Below, piece after piece: positions 25,089 to 25,305 of a stretch of DNA of 25,305 bases. Location of the stretch: NCBI GenBank assembly GCA_045106895.1, contig JBGCFM010000213.1:1-25305 (forward strand), in the 5' to 3' direction. The translations under genes and the position numbers were made by a program. The stretch is from Polyangiales bacterium (lineage in GTDB: Bacteria; Myxococcota_A; Polyangia; Polyangiales; Houyiibacteriaceae). The notes under the pieces were generated by a model that worked only from the letters and a program-made list of their open reading frames with translations, did not search any database and was not told the origin of the DNA. Numbering within the stretch: the stretch's first letter is position 1; every line of letters starts with the position of its first letter.

Positions 25089-25304
25089 CTATCGGCAGGG
25101 GCCGCGTCCGCCGCCACCTGGGTCCGAGCTGCTGCCGGAGTCGCTGTCCGAGTGTCCGCGTTGCGCGCAGACGCCGTACCCGCCTGGGTCGCCGCTGCCG
25201 TCGGGTCCGCCGCGGTTGTCACGGTCGGTGGCTCCCGTCGAGGGTCGGTTGGCTGGGTCTGCGCCGCCGCCGGTGTCACTGTCCGAAACGAGCTCCATCA
25301 CCTG
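25089..25304 (-). CDS. 3' end of a gene entering from outside the window (Gly/Asp/Ser-rich C-terminal tail)
   Basis: Open frame from the window edge to TAG at 25089, mostly G/C third positions, followed by the terminator; product unknown. Confidence 0.55.
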   Translation of the reverse strand, partial: QVMELVSDSDTGGGADPANRPSTGATDRDNRGGPDGSGDPGGYGVCAQRGHSDSDSGSSSDPGGGGRGPCR

Positions 25305-25305
25305 C

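Noticed and set aside
24305..25279. 324-aa minus-strand ORF
   Set aside because: It runs through the terminator and antisense into flgE; shadow frame.

Overview
High-GC bacterial DNA. About 23 kb (2134-24968) is an intact flagellar gene cluster arranged as two divergent, tightly coupled operons. The minus-strand operon is fliL-fliM-fliN-fliO-fliP-fliQ-fliR-flhB-flhA-flhF-flhG-fliA-flgF-flgG. The plus-strand operon is flgB-flgC-fliE-fliF-fliG-fliH-fliI-fliJ-fliK-flgD-flgE. The ~315-bp gap between them holds two back-to-back sigma-54 (-24/-12) promoters, each exactly 14 nt from its start codon with no Shine-Dalgarno, and a central inverted pair of 25-bp boxes that look like a shared enhancer. 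The cluster encodes export apparatus, MS/C rings, rod and hook. It has no P/L-ring, stator, hook-junction, filament or flgM genes, and both ends abut unrelated convergent genes. To the left are a beta-propeller (SMP-30/gluconolactonase-like) lipoprotein with DAG repeats, a small lower-GC hypothetical gene and a modular GC-rich repeat array. To the right are a bidirectional terminator and the 3' end of a Gly/Asp/Ser-rich gene. Protein style suggests a myxobacterial (Polyangia-like) host; this is inference, not proven. All gene calls come from recognised motifs and synteny, not database searches.
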